Positions 18,116-27,720 of a DNA stretch of 64,000 nucleotides are shown one piece after another (position 1 is the first letter of the stretch; each line of letters opens with the position of its first letter). The stretch is from an uncultured Gemmatimonadaceae bacterium. Its GTDB lineage: Bacteria > Gemmatimonadota > Gemmatimonadetes > Gemmatimonadales > Gemmatimonadaceae. The stretch is from assembly GCA_963843845.1 (NCBI GenBank), contig CAWJMB010000002.1:1792001-1856000 (forward strand). Reading direction: 5' to 3'. The position numbers were made by a program, and so were the translations under genes. Below the pieces are notes generated by a model. The model saw only the letters and a program-made list of their open reading frames with translations, did not search any database and had not been told where the DNA came from.

Positions 18116-18189
18116 GGGCGAATAGCTCAGCCGGTTAGAGCACCTGTCTTACACACAGGGGGTCGGGGGTTCGAGCCCCTCTTCGCCCA
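18116..18189 (+). tRNA. tRNA-Val(TAC), CCA not encoded
   Basis: Acceptor GGGCGAA/TTCGCCC, D-arm TAGCTCAG..GG, anticodon arm CCTGT-CTTACAC-ACAGG, T-loop GTTCGAG. Confidence 0.97.
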
Positions 18190-18399
18190 TGTCGCAGGAC
18201 CGTTCACGGGGCCCACGCGGGACCCTCGCAGGATCCGAAGGGTAGGTTGGACGCGGTACGCAGTGACGGGCGTCGGAGCGTAGCAGTGGCCTCCGGCGCC
18301 CGTGTCGTTCGTCAGGGCTCGACCGGTGAAAAAACCCAGGTGGAACTGGCGACGTGGCACGCCCCTCGCCGGAACCCACCCACGCAACGCGGGGTACGG

Positions 18400-20154
18400 A
18401 TGTTTAACGCTTTGGAGGTTACGACATTGAAGGCACGGTATTGCCAGGCGCTCCCGGCGGTCGTCGCCGGCCTCCTCGCGAGCGCCCCCTTCGCCCCGCT
18501 CGCCGCGCAGGTGTCGACGGTGCGTCCCCCCGATCCGAACGCCCCCCGACTCGTCGTCGAGGTGTTCCGGTCGGCAGAGAAGAATGCCGGTGTGCAGGCG
18601 TCGGACGCGCTGCGCACCCGGATCACGCAGGACGCCGGTGGCCGCAATCTGTACGTCCTTCCGAAGCAGGACATCACGAACAACCTCGAGGCGTCGGGAT
18701 TCCCGACCACCGAGGCGCTGAACATGAACGACGCCCGCGCGCTCTCGCAGTTGCTGCGCGGCGACGTCTTTCTGACCGGCGACGTCGTGAAGGATGGGAC
18801 GGGCTATCGCGTGACCGCGAACTACGTCCTCACGCGCGACGCCGCGCTCGTGCAGCCGCTCGGCACCTATACGGTCTCGAAGCCCGACGGTGCCGCGGGG
18901 CAGATCTCGAAGGAGTTCCAGGGCGCCCTGAAGGCGTTCACGGCGGAGCGCGATTGCGTCAACCGCGCACGCGAAGGGAAGTACGCCGAGGCGAAGGCGG
19001 CGGCGGCGAAGGGGATCGCCGCCTACCCGAACTCGACGCTCGCGCGCATCTGCCTCGTGAACGTGCTCGTGACCGAGAAGGCGGCGCCCGACTCGATCCT
19101 GGCGGTCTCGAACGAGATCCTGAAGATCTACCCGTCGAGCCGGCCCGCGCTGGCGGCGAGCTATGATGCCCTGCGCTCGTCGAACCGCGCGAACGAGGCG
19201 ACCGACGTCCTCATCAAGCTGGTCGGCGCGGATCCGACGAACACGAAGCTGCTCGAGCAGGTGATCAACGAGTTCGCCGCGAACGGGCAGGCGGCCAAGG
19301 CGATTCCGTTCGTCGATCAGCTCGTGCGCGACAACTCGGGCGACCCGGGCTACCTGCTGCTCCAGTCGCGCGTGCACATCGCCGCGAAGGACTACAAGGG
19401 TGGCATCGCGGCCGGCGAGGAGTTGATCCGGACGGACACGGCGAGCGCGACGCCCGAGTTCTTCAGTCGGCTCGCGGCGGCCGCGCAAGTCGACAGCCAG
19501 CCGCAGAAGGCGGCGCAGCTGTACGCACAGGCCCTCGCGAAGTTCCCGACGAACGCGGCGCTGCTGACCGATTACGTGCAGGTCCTGCGCACGACGGGTC
19601 AGAATCAGCAGGCCCTCGACATCGTGAGCCGCGCGATCGCCGCCGACCCGAAGCGGGGCACGCTCTACACGCAGCGCGCGCTCATCCTGAACGACCTCGC
19701 GCAACCCGACAGCGCGGTCGCGTCGCTGCAGCAGGCGCTCGCGGCTGGCGATAGTGCCGCCAACGTCGCGCAGTATGCCGGTGTCATCGGCCAGACGCTG
19801 TATCGCGCGGCCGTCGCCTCGAAGGCCGGAGCGGACTACGAGAAGGCGATCAGCGTGCTCGATTTCTCGGTGAAGACGAGCGCCAACACCGACGTGCAGT
19901 TCCTGCTCGGCGCCGCGCAGTATCAGTACGGCAGCCAGCTCGCGCAGCAGACGCAGCCGCTGGTTCGCGGCAGCGCGGCGGAGAAGGCCCAGGCGTGCAC
20001 CATGGCGAAGACCGCGCAGGAGCAGTTCACGAACGCGCAGATCAACGTCCCCGCCGGCGGGCGCTCGAACCCGACGACGGCCCAGCAGATCCTCGGTGCG
20101 CTGCCGCAGCTCTCGGGCTACGTCGACCAGGTCGCCAAGGCTCTCTGCAAGTGA
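18400..20154 (+). CDS. Secreted/periplasmic TPR-repeat protein
   Basis: Signal peptide ending LAAQ, helical repeats (AQALAKFP, RAIAADP), strong codon bias, own terminator. Confidence 0.75.
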   Translation: MFNALEVTTLKARYCQALPAVVAGLLASAPFAPLAAQVSTVRPPDPNAPRLVVEVFRSAEKNAGVQASDALRTRITQDAGGRNLYVLPKQDITNNLEASGFPTTEALNMNDARALSQLLRGDVFLTGDVVKDGTGYRVTANYVLTRDAALVQPLGTYTVSKPDGAAGQISKEFQGALKAFTAERDCVNRAREGKYAEAKAAAAKGIAAYPNSTLARICLVNVLVTEKAAPDSILAVSNEILKIYPSSRPALAASYDALRSSNRANEATDVLIKLVGADPTNTKLLEQVINEFAANGQAAKAIPFVDQLVRDNSGDPGYLLLQSRVHIAAKDYKGGIAAGEELIRTDTASATPEFFSRLAAAAQVDSQPQKAAQLYAQALAKFPTNAALLTDYVQVLRTTGQNQQALDIVSRAIAADPKRGTLYTQRALILNDLAQPDSAVASLQQALAAGDSAANVAQYAGVIGQTLYRAAVASKAGADYEKAISVLDFSVKTSANTDVQFLLGAAQYQYGSQLAQQTQPLVRGSAAEKAQACTMAKTAQEQFTNAQINVPAGGRSNPTTAQQILGALPQLSGYVDQVAKALCK

Positions 20155-20175
20155 CCTGACCGATCGGTCCGAACG

Positions 20176-20206
20176 AGGGCTCGGTGCTACGCACCGAGCC
20201 CTTTTT
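20176..20206 (+). terminator. Intrinsic terminator
   Basis: AGGGCTCGGTGC-TAC-GCACCGAGCCCT followed by T run. Confidence 0.88.
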
Positions 20207-20236
20207 CGTTGCCCCGATGCTTGCTCGCAGCCACGC

Positions 20237-20266
20237 TTGACGCTCTCCAAAAACCGCCGCTAGGTT
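20237..20266 (+). promoter_or_regulatory. Candidate sigma70 promoter for the dcw cluster
   Basis: TTGACG, 18 nt, TAGGTT between terminator and rsmH. Confidence 0.5.
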
Positions 20267-20276
20267 GCTCCGTCCG

Positions 20277-21266
20277 ATGTCCGAACGTGCTCGATGGGAC
20301 AGCGCGTACCACGCGCCAGTGATGGCCGCGGACATCGTGCGACTCCTGCGCGAGGCTCCCACGTCGCACGCCGGTCGCCCCGCGCTCGCGCTCGACGGTA
20401 CGCTGGGCGGCGGCGGTCACACGCTCGCGCTGCTCGAGGCCGGATTCCAGGTCGTCGGCCTCGACCGTGACCCGGACGCTGTCGCCGCCGCGAGCGAGCG
20501 GCTGCACTCCTACCTCTCCCCGGGGCGCTTTCACCCGCTCCTCGCCAACTACGCCGACGTCGACACCCTCGACGAGGTCGCCTCCGTGCGCTTCGACGCG
20601 ATCGTGCTCGACCTCGGCATCTCGTCGCATCAGATCGACGCGCTGACGCGCGGCTTCACCTTTCGCGAAGGCGCCCCGCTGGACATGCGCATGGGATCGG
20701 ATACTCTCGCCGACGCAGCGACGCTGCTGAACGACAGCGACGAGCGAGAGCTCGCGCGTGTCTTCCGCGAGTACGGCGACGAGCCGCACGCGGCGCGCCT
20801 GGCGCGTGAAGTCGCGCGCCGCCGCTCCACGCGCCCGTTCACGACGAGCGACGATCTCGTCGGCGCGATCCGGGCCGCGCTCGGGCCGCGCAGCGGCGCG
20901 GGCGACTTCGCGCGACTGTTCCAGGCGGTGCGCATCGCCGTCAACGACGAGCTGGCGGGTCTCGCGCGCGCGCTTCCGGCGCTGCGTGATCGACTCGCGC
21001 CGGGCGGGCGGATCGCGGTCCTGGCATACCACAGCGGCGAAGACCGGCTGGTGAAGCACGCGTTCCGCGCGTGGAGCGCGCACTGCGTCTGCCCGCCGCG
21101 CCATCCGCTCTGCACGTGCGGCCACGTCGCGCTCGGCGAGACGATCACGCGCCGCGCCCTCGGGCCGTCGGCCGACGAGCAAGCACACAACGTTCGCGCG
21201 CGCAGCGCGAAGCTGCGCGTGTGGCAGCGCGCCGCGGCACTGCCGCCCGCCGGAGTCGCGGCGTGA
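20277..21266 (+). CDS. rsmH: 16S rRNA C1402 N4-methyltransferase
   Basis: HAPVM, DGTLGGGGH, DLGISSHQID..RGFTF, PLDMRM, FQAVRIAVNDEL, RARSAKLR. Confidence 0.97.
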   Translation: MSERARWDSAYHAPVMAADIVRLLREAPTSHAGRPALALDGTLGGGGHTLALLEAGFQVVGLDRDPDAVAAASERLHSYLSPGRFHPLLANYADVDTLDEVASVRFDAIVLDLGISSHQIDALTRGFTFREGAPLDMRMGSDTLADAATLLNDSDERELARVFREYGDEPHAARLAREVARRRSTRPFTTSDDLVGAIRAALGPRSGAGDFARLFQAVRIAVNDELAGLARALPALRDRLAPGGRIAVLAYHSGEDRLVKHAFRAWSAHCVCPPRHPLCTCGHVALGETITRRALGPSADEQAHNVRARSAKLRVWQRAAALPPAGVAA

Positions 21267-21589
21267 GCCCGCGTTCGCGCGCGTCGCGCGCGCAGCGTCG
21301 CGGGCGCGGCTGGCGCGTCGTCGGGCTCGCCCTCGTCGCGTTCGTGCTCGTCGCGGCAGGCGTCGTGTGGCGCCGCAGTCGCGGCATCGCGCAGGCGCGC
21401 GAATTGACCGTGCTCGCCCGCCGACGCGATCAGCTCGTCGCCGAGCGTGCGGCGCTGCGCAGCGCGGTGCGGATCGCGGCCAGCCGCCCACGCATCGTCG
21501 CCGCTGCGGAAGGACGGCTCGGCATGCGTGTCCCGGCGGACACGCAGGTCGTTCTCATCGCGCGCCGCGTCCCGGCGCCGAACCGGTAG
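21263..21589 (+). CDS. ftsL: FtsL-like cell division protein
   Basis: Single TM helix, coiled coil, RI..AA..RLGM; located between rsmH and ftsI. Confidence 0.75.
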   Translation: MSPRSRASRAQRRGRGWRVVGLALVAFVLVAAGVVWRRSRGIAQARELTVLARRRDQLVAERAALRSAVRIAASRPRIVAAAEGRLGMRVPADTQVVLIARRVPAPNR

Positions 21590-21603
21590 AGCCAGGAACC
21601 GTC

Positions 21604-23631
21604 GTGCCCATCGACCGCTCCACCGTCGTGCACGGTGCGCTCGTCCTCTTCTCCGCGGCCATCGTCGCCAAGGCGGGGCAGGTCCAGATCGCGCAGCGCG
21701 ATCAGTGGCGTGCGCGCGCCCAGCAGATGCACTTCGCGGACGCGTCGCTCCCGGCGCCGCGCGGCACCATCACGGACGCGTCCGGCCGCGTGCTCGCCGA
21801 GAGCCGCGAGCTGGTGCGGTTCAACGTCGCGCCTGGCGAGGTACGCGATCGGAAGGCGTTGGGCCGGCAGCTCGCGAGGCACGGCGTGCGCCCCGAGCTG
21901 GTGCGGCGCGCGACCGACAGCACGCGCAAGTGGGTCGAGATCCCGAACGTCTTTCTTCCCGTCGACGTCGACTCGATCCGATCGATGCGCGGCGTCCACG
22001 CGGTGCCGGTCGTGCAGCGCGTCTTCTCCGGCAGCCAGGGGATGCAGAACGTCGTCGGCCGCGTCGACGCGACCGGCGTCGCGGTCGACGGGATCGAGCT
22101 CGCCCTCGACTCCGTGCTGCGCGGCGTCCGCGGCACCTCGACGCTCGTGCGCTACGGCCGCGCCGGCGCGCTCGAATCGCCGTTCGCGCGGAGCCGTGCG
22201 GCGCGGTCGGGGCACGCGGTCACGCTCACCGTCAACGCGGCGCTGCAGGACATCTGCGAGCGCGCCCTCGGCGACGCGATGACGCGGCTCGGCGCGACGG
22301 GTGGCGACATCGTCGTGCTCGACCCGCACCGCGGTGAAGTGCTCGCGCTCGCGAGCTATCGGTCGGACAAGCGCACGACCGCGGCGACGTCGCTCAGCGA
22401 GCCGTTCGAGCCGGGGTCGACGATGAAGCCGCTCGTCGCGGCCCGGCTGCTCGACATCGGGCGCGCGAAGCCAGACGAGGTGGTGAACACGGAGAACGGC
22501 GAGTATCTGATCAACAAGCGCGTCATCCACGACGACGAGCCGGCGAAGTCGCTGTCGATGCGAGACGTCATCCGCGTGTCGAGCAACATCGGCATCGTGA
22601 AGTTCGCGCAGCGCCTCACCCCGCGCGAGCAGTACGAGCTGTTGCGCGACGCCGGCTTCGGCACGCCGACCGGCGTTCCGTATCCCGCGGAGGCGGGCGG
22701 GCTGGTGCGCACGCCGGCCCGGTGGACGCCCCAGTCGTCGGCGTCGCTCGCCATGGGCTACGAGACGTCGGTGACGCCGTTGCAGCTCGCGACGGCGTAC
22801 GCGGCGATCGCGAATGGCGGACGGCTTCTCGCGCCGGCGCTCGTGCGCGAGCTGCGCGACGCGGACGGCGCGCTCGTCTGGCGGCATGAGCCGCGCATCG
22901 TCCGGCGCCTGATGTCCGAGCGGACGGCGGCGACGATGCGCGAGATGCTGAAGGCGGTCGTCGACAGCGGCACCTCGACGATGGCGAACCTCGCGAGCTT
23001 CACGCTCGTCGGCAAATCGGGAACGGCGCGGCGTGTCGAGCGCGGCGTCGGCTACGCCGCGGGACACTACAATGCGGTGTTCGCCGGGATCTTCCCGATG
23101 GAGTCGCCGCAGTTCGTGATCGTCGTGAAGATCGAGAACCCGCAGGGCGACGTGTACTTCGGCGGCAAGACGGCGGGTCCGGTGACGAAGGCCGTGATCG
23201 AGGCGGCCGTCGCCGCGCGCGACGCGGCGCTCGACCGCGCCTCGCTCGCCACGCGCGTGCTGCCGCGGGCGCTCGAGGCGTACACGCCGAAGCCGTCGGC
23301 GCGCGACACCCTCGTCGCAGCCGCGACGGTCGTCGAGGCGCCCGCCGACTTGCAGCGCGAGGTCGTGCCGGCGGAGTCGGCGTCGACGGCGTCGCGCGGT
23401 GTGCGCTACGTCGTCGATCTCCCGGCGCCGGTCGCTGGTCGCGCCCCGGCGGCGCCGTCACGCGCGGTGCCGGCCGTGCAGGGACTTCCGCTGCGCGACG
23501 CCGTGTTCGCGCTTCACCGCGCCGGCTTCCGCGTGCGGCTGAGCGGCGCAGGGGCGCCGGGTCTCACGCAGCCAGCCGCGGGCGCCGTGCTCCCGGCCGG
23601 AGCCCCGGTCACGCTCTTCCACGCGCCGTGA
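21604..23631 (+). CDS. ftsI: Class B penicillin-binding protein (FtsI/PBP3) with PASTA-like C-terminus
   Basis: RGTITD, EPGSTMK, SSNIG, KSGTA; VPAVQGLPLRDA. Confidence 0.93.
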   Translation: MPIDRSTVVHGALVLFSAAIVAKAGQVQIAQRDQWRARAQQMHFADASLPAPRGTITDASGRVLAESRELVRFNVAPGEVRDRKALGRQLARHGVRPELVRRATDSTRKWVEIPNVFLPVDVDSIRSMRGVHAVPVVQRVFSGSQGMQNVVGRVDATGVAVDGIELALDSVLRGVRGTSTLVRYGRAGALESPFARSRAARSGHAVTLTVNAALQDICERALGDAMTRLGATGGDIVVLDPHRGEVLALASYRSDKRTTAATSLSEPFEPGSTMKPLVAARLLDIGRAKPDEVVNTENGEYLINKRVIHDDEPAKSLSMRDVIRVSSNIGIVKFAQRLTPREQYELLRDAGFGTPTGVPYPAEAGGLVRTPARWTPQSSASLAMGYETSVTPLQLATAYAAIANGGRLLAPALVRELRDADGALVWRHEPRIVRRLMSERTAATMREMLKAVVDSGTSTMANLASFTLVGKSGTARRVERGVGYAAGHYNAVFAGIFPMESPQFVIVVKIENPQGDVYFGGKTAGPVTKAVIEAAVAARDAALDRASLATRVLPRALEAYTPKPSARDTLVAAATVVEAPADLQREVVPAESASTASRGVRYVVDLPAPVAGRAPAAPSRAVPAVQGLPLRDAVFALHRAGFRVRLSGAGAPGLTQPAAGAVLPAGAPVTLFHAP

Positions 23632-25124
23632 TGATCGCGCTCGACGCCATCCGCCGCGCGCTCGACGAGCGTGGACTGCTCGTCGACACGCGCGGCGCCG
23701 TCCCGGACGCGGTGGAGTCCGTCACCGACGACAGCCGGGACGTGCGCCACGGCGCGCTGTTCATCGCCGTCCGCGGCTCGACGAGCGACGGGCACGCCTA
23801 CCTCGCGCAGGCGGCGGAACGCGGCGCGGCCGCGGCGATCGTCGAAGATCCGACGGCCACGTCGCTTCCGGCGCTCGTCGTCCGCGACGGCCGCCGCGCG
23901 GCCGCGATCGCGGCGGCGACGGCGTTCGGCACTCCGGCCGATCGCCTCACGCTCGTCGGCGTCACCGGCACGAACGGCAAGACGACGACGGTCGGTCTGC
24001 TGCGTCACCTGCTCGACGACGAGTCACGGCGCGCCGCGTCGATCGGAACGTTGGGCGTGCTGCTCGGCAGCGCGGGCGACGAGGTGCCGGGCGGAGCGGG
24101 GCTCACGACGCCGGGGCCGGTCGAGCTGCAGCGCGTGCTCCGCGCGCTCGTCGACCGCGGCGTGCGGACGGTCGCGATGGAGGTGTCGTCGCACGCGCTC
24201 GAGCAGCGGCGTGTCGAAGGGGTGCAGTTCGCCGCGGGCGTGTTCACGAACCTCACGCGCGACCATCTCGATTATCACGGGTCCATGGACGCGTACCGCG
24301 CCGCGAAGCTGCGCCTCGTCGAGTGCCTGACGGCCGACGGCGCCGCGGTCGTCAACGTCGACGATCCGGCGTGGCGCGACATGCCGCGCGCGGCCCGCAC
24401 CGTCACGTTCTCCGGCACCGGCGCAGAGGCGGATGTGCGGCTCGTCGACGTGGTCCACGACGCGAGCGGAAGTAGTGGCTCGCTCGTCGCGGGCGGAGCG
24501 ACGGCGGCGGTTCGCCTGCCGCTCATCGGTGACTTCAACGTCGCGAACGTCGCCGGCGCGGCGGCCGCCGCCATCGCGTTAGGCATGACGGTCGCCGACG
24601 TCGCGGCGCGCGTCGCGACGATCCCGCAGGTGCCCGGCCGACTCGAAGTGGTGCACCAGCGCCCGACGGTGTTGCGCGACTACGCCCACACGCCAGACGC
24701 CCTCGTGCGCGCGCTCGCGGCGGTCCGTCCATCCGCGCGCGGTCGACTGATCGTCGTCTTCGGCGCGGGCGGCGACCGCGACCCGGGTAAGCGCCCCGAG
24801 ATGGGCCGCGCTGCCGAGGAGGGCGCGGACGTCGCGATCGTGACGAGCGACAACCCGCGGACCGAGGACCCGGAGCGCATTCTCGACGACATCGAGCGCG
24901 GCATGACTCGGCCGCACGAGCGCGTGGTCGATCGACGCGACGCCATCGCGCGCGCGCTCGCTCTCGCCGAGCCGGATGACGTGGTCGTGCTCGCCGGCAA
25001 GGGACACGAGACGTATCAGATCCGCGGTACGACGAAATACCCCTTCGACGAACGGGCGATCGTCGCGGAGCTGGCGGCGGCACGAGCGGTGGCGACCGAC
25101 GGGCCGCGCGTGGGCGGGGCATGA
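23628..25124 (+). CDS. murE: UDP-MurNAc-dipeptide:meso-DAP ligase
   Basis: GVTGTNGKTT, MEVSSHAL, DYAHTPD, SDNPR, AGKGHE. Confidence 0.97.
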   Translation: MMIALDAIRRALDERGLLVDTRGAVPDAVESVTDDSRDVRHGALFIAVRGSTSDGHAYLAQAAERGAAAAIVEDPTATSLPALVVRDGRRAAAIAAATAFGTPADRLTLVGVTGTNGKTTTVGLLRHLLDDESRRAASIGTLGVLLGSAGDEVPGGAGLTTPGPVELQRVLRALVDRGVRTVAMEVSSHALEQRRVEGVQFAAGVFTNLTRDHLDYHGSMDAYRAAKLRLVECLTADGAAVVNVDDPAWRDMPRAARTVTFSGTGAEADVRLVDVVHDASGSSGSLVAGGATAAVRLPLIGDFNVANVAGAAAAAIALGMTVADVAARVATIPQVPGRLEVVHQRPTVLRDYAHTPDALVRALAAVRPSARGRLIVVFGAGGDRDPGKRPEMGRAAEEGADVAIVTSDNPRTEDPERILDDIERGMTRPHERVVDRRDAIARALALAEPDDVVVLAGKGHETYQIRGTTKYPFDERAIVAELAAARAVATDGPRVGGA

Positions 25125-26524
25125 GTACCGCGCCGCCGGCCACCGCCACGCACGACTTCTGGACGCTGAGCCGCGTCGCCGCCGCGCTGGACGACGTCTC
25201 GCTCGGCGCCATCCCGCGCGGCGAGCGCGTGATCCGCGGCGTGTCCACGGATACGCGTGCCGTCGCGCCGGGCGACCTGTTCGTCGCGCTCCGCGGCGAG
25301 CGATTCGACGCGCACGACTTCCTCGCCACCGCCGTCGAGCGCGGCGCCGCGGCGCTCGTCGTCGAGGACGGGCGCCGAGCCGCGGGGCTCGGGCTTCCGG
25401 TCTACGAGGTCACCGACACGCTCGTCGCGCTCGGGCGGCTCGGGCGCTGCTGGCGGCGAGCATGGGGGCGCAGCGTCGTCGCGATCGCGGGATCGAACGG
25501 CAAGACGAGCACGAAGGAGTTGCTGCGCGCGGCGCTCGCCGGATCGCTCGAGGTCTCCGCGACGTTGGGCAACCTGAACAACCTGATCGGCGTGCCGCTC
25601 ACGTTGCTCGCGATCCCGCCGTCGGCGGACGTCGCGGTCGTGGAGATGGGGACGAACACGCCGGGGGAGATCGCGACGCTGCGCGCGATCGTCGAGCCCG
25701 ACGTGGTCGTCATGACGTCGATCGGCGAGGAGCACCTCGAGGGGCTCGGCGACCTCGCCGGGGTGCTGCGCGAGGAGAGCGACGCCTTCGATGGCGTCGC
25801 GCTGGCGATCGTGCCGGCGGACCAGCCGGAGATCGCTGCGGCGGCGCGCGGACGCGCCGCGCGCGTCGTCGAGGTCGGGCTGGACGCCGGCGACGTCACC
25901 GCCGACGCGTGGTCGATCGCGCCGGACGGTCGCGGCACGCTCTCCTTCGATGGCGTCGCCATCCGTCCGCCACTCCGCGGGGCGCACAACCTCCGCAACG
26001 CGATGCTCGCCCTCGCCGCCGCGCAGGCGCTCGGCGTTGCAGCTGACGCGGCGGGAGGCGGGATCGCGGGGATGCCGCAGCCGTCGATGCGATCGGCGTG
26101 GTCGGCGTTAGGCACGGCGACCCTCATCAACGACGCCTACAACGCGAACCCCGGCAGCACGCGTGCGGCGATCGACCTCCTGACGACGGCGGGCGGAGGG
26201 CGGCAGCGCGTCGCGGTCCTGGGGACGATGCGCGAGCTCGGCGCGCACGGCGACCGCCTGCACGACGAGATGGCCCGCCGCGCGCTCGACGCGGGCATCG
26301 AGGTGGTCGCCGGCATCGGCGACTTCGGTCCCGCGCTCGCCCGCGTCGCGCCGGACGACCCACGGATCGTCGTCGCGGCGGATGCCGATGCACTGTGGCC
26401 ACTGCTCGCACCGCGGCTCGCTCGCGACGCGGTCATCCTGCTCAAGGCGTCGCGCGGCGTCGCCCTCGAGCGGATCGTCCCGGCGCTCGACGCGTGGGCC
26501 GCCGACGCCGCACGCGGTCGGTAG
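25121..26524 (+). CDS. murF: UDP-MurNAc-tripeptide:D-Ala-D-Ala ligase
   Basis: GSNGKTSTKE, NLNNLIGVPLT, NDAYNANP, LKASRG. Confidence 0.97.
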   Translation: MSTAPPATATHDFWTLSRVAAALDDVSLGAIPRGERVIRGVSTDTRAVAPGDLFVALRGERFDAHDFLATAVERGAAALVVEDGRRAAGLGLPVYEVTDTLVALGRLGRCWRRAWGRSVVAIAGSNGKTSTKELLRAALAGSLEVSATLGNLNNLIGVPLTLLAIPPSADVAVVEMGTNTPGEIATLRAIVEPDVVVMTSIGEEHLEGLGDLAGVLREESDAFDGVALAIVPADQPEIAAAARGRAARVVEVGLDAGDVTADAWSIAPDGRGTLSFDGVAIRPPLRGAHNLRNAMLALAAAQALGVAADAAGGGIAGMPQPSMRSAWSALGTATLINDAYNANPGSTRAAIDLLTTAGGGRQRVAVLGTMRELGAHGDRLHDEMARRALDAGIEVVAGIGDFGPALARVAPDDPRIVVAADADALWPLLAPRLARDAVILLKASRGVALERIVPALDAWAADAARGR

Positions 26525-26562
26525 ATTCACCGGCTTCGACGATACCGACCAGACACCGCCAC

Positions 26563-27717
26563 GTGCTCCACTTCTTCTTGCAGCCGTTCGCGCGCAGCGT
26601 GAAGCTGTTCAACCTCCTGAACTACATCACGTTCCGGTCGGCCGCGGCGTTCGTCACCGCCCTGCTCGTCACGTGGATCGCCGGGCCGATCATCATCCGC
26701 CGGCTGCGCGCGCTCGCGGTGAACCAGGTCGTGCGGGAAGGCACGCCCGACACGCACGCCGGGAAGGGAACGACGCCGACGATGGGCGGCATCATCATCC
26801 TGCTGGCGACGTTCGTGCCCCTGCTGCTCTGGGGGCGCTTCACGTGGCACCGAGGAGGGCAATACCTCGTCATCGCGATGAGCCTGATGGCGTGGATGGG
26901 CGCCATCGGCTTCCTCGACGACTACTTGAAGCTTCGACAGAAGCGACTCGGCGTGAAGAACGAAGGGCTCGTCGAGCGCTACAAGCTGGCCGGCCAGCTC
27001 ACGGCGGGACTCGCGTTGGGCCTCTACGTCTGGCTCGCGCCCCTCTCGACGCTTCCGGGCGCCTCCACGACGCTGCCGTTCTTCAAGTACACACTGCTCG
27101 TGCCGAGCACCGCGGCACTCACCTTCCTGTTCCTCGGCTTCGTGACGTTCGTCATCACGGGGACGAGCAACGCCGTCAACATCACCGACGGCCTCGACGG
27201 ACTCGCCTCCGGCCTCATGGGAATCGCCGCGGCGACGTTCGGCCTCTTCGCCTACCTGTTCGGCCGCATCGACACCAGCGCGTACCTGCAGGTGTTCTAC
27301 CTGCGCGGCGCCGGCGAGCTCACGGTGTTCTGTGCGGCGATCGTCGGCGCGTGTATCGGCTTCCTCTGGTACAACACGTTTCCGGCGCAGGTGTTCATGG
27401 GCGACACCGGCGCGCTCGCGTTGGGCGGTGCGCTCGGCGCGGTCGCCGTGCTGCTCAAGAGCGAGTTCCTGCTCCTCATCATCGGCGGCGTGTTCGTCGC
27501 CGAGATGATCTCGGTGATCCTGCAGCGCACGGTCTTCAAGTACCGTCGCAAGCGTCACGGGCGCGAGTACGCCGAGACACATCGGGTGTTCAGAAAGGCG
27601 CCGCTGCATCACCACTTCGAGGTGTCGGGGTGGCCGGAGACGCAGGTCGTCGTGCGCTTCTGGCTCATCGGGATCCTCTGCGCGATCGTCGCGCTCAGCA
27701 CGTTGAAACTGCGCTGA
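26563..27717 (+). CDS. mraY: Phospho-MurNAc-pentapeptide transferase
   Basis: TPTMGG, GFLDDY, SNAVNITDGLDGL, FMGDTG, APLHHHFE. Confidence 0.97.
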   Translation: MLHFFLQPFARSVKLFNLLNYITFRSAAAFVTALLVTWIAGPIIIRRLRALAVNQVVREGTPDTHAGKGTTPTMGGIIILLATFVPLLLWGRFTWHRGGQYLVIAMSLMAWMGAIGFLDDYLKLRQKRLGVKNEGLVERYKLAGQLTAGLALGLYVWLAPLSTLPGASTTLPFFKYTLLVPSTAALTFLFLGFVTFVITGTSNAVNITDGLDGLASGLMGIAAATFGLFAYLFGRIDTSAYLQVFYLRGAGELTVFCAAIVGACIGFLWYNTFPAQVFMGDTGALALGGALGAVAVLLKSEFLLLIIGGVFVAEMISVILQRTVFKYRRKRHGREYAETHRVFRKAPLHHHFEVSGWPETQVVVRFWLIGILCAIVALSTLKLR

Positions 27718-27720
27718 CAC

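Noticed and set aside
18116..20210. tRNA-Val as an integration site for a genomic island
   Set aside because: No integrase, no duplicated tRNA 3' end seen, and host-like genes on both sides
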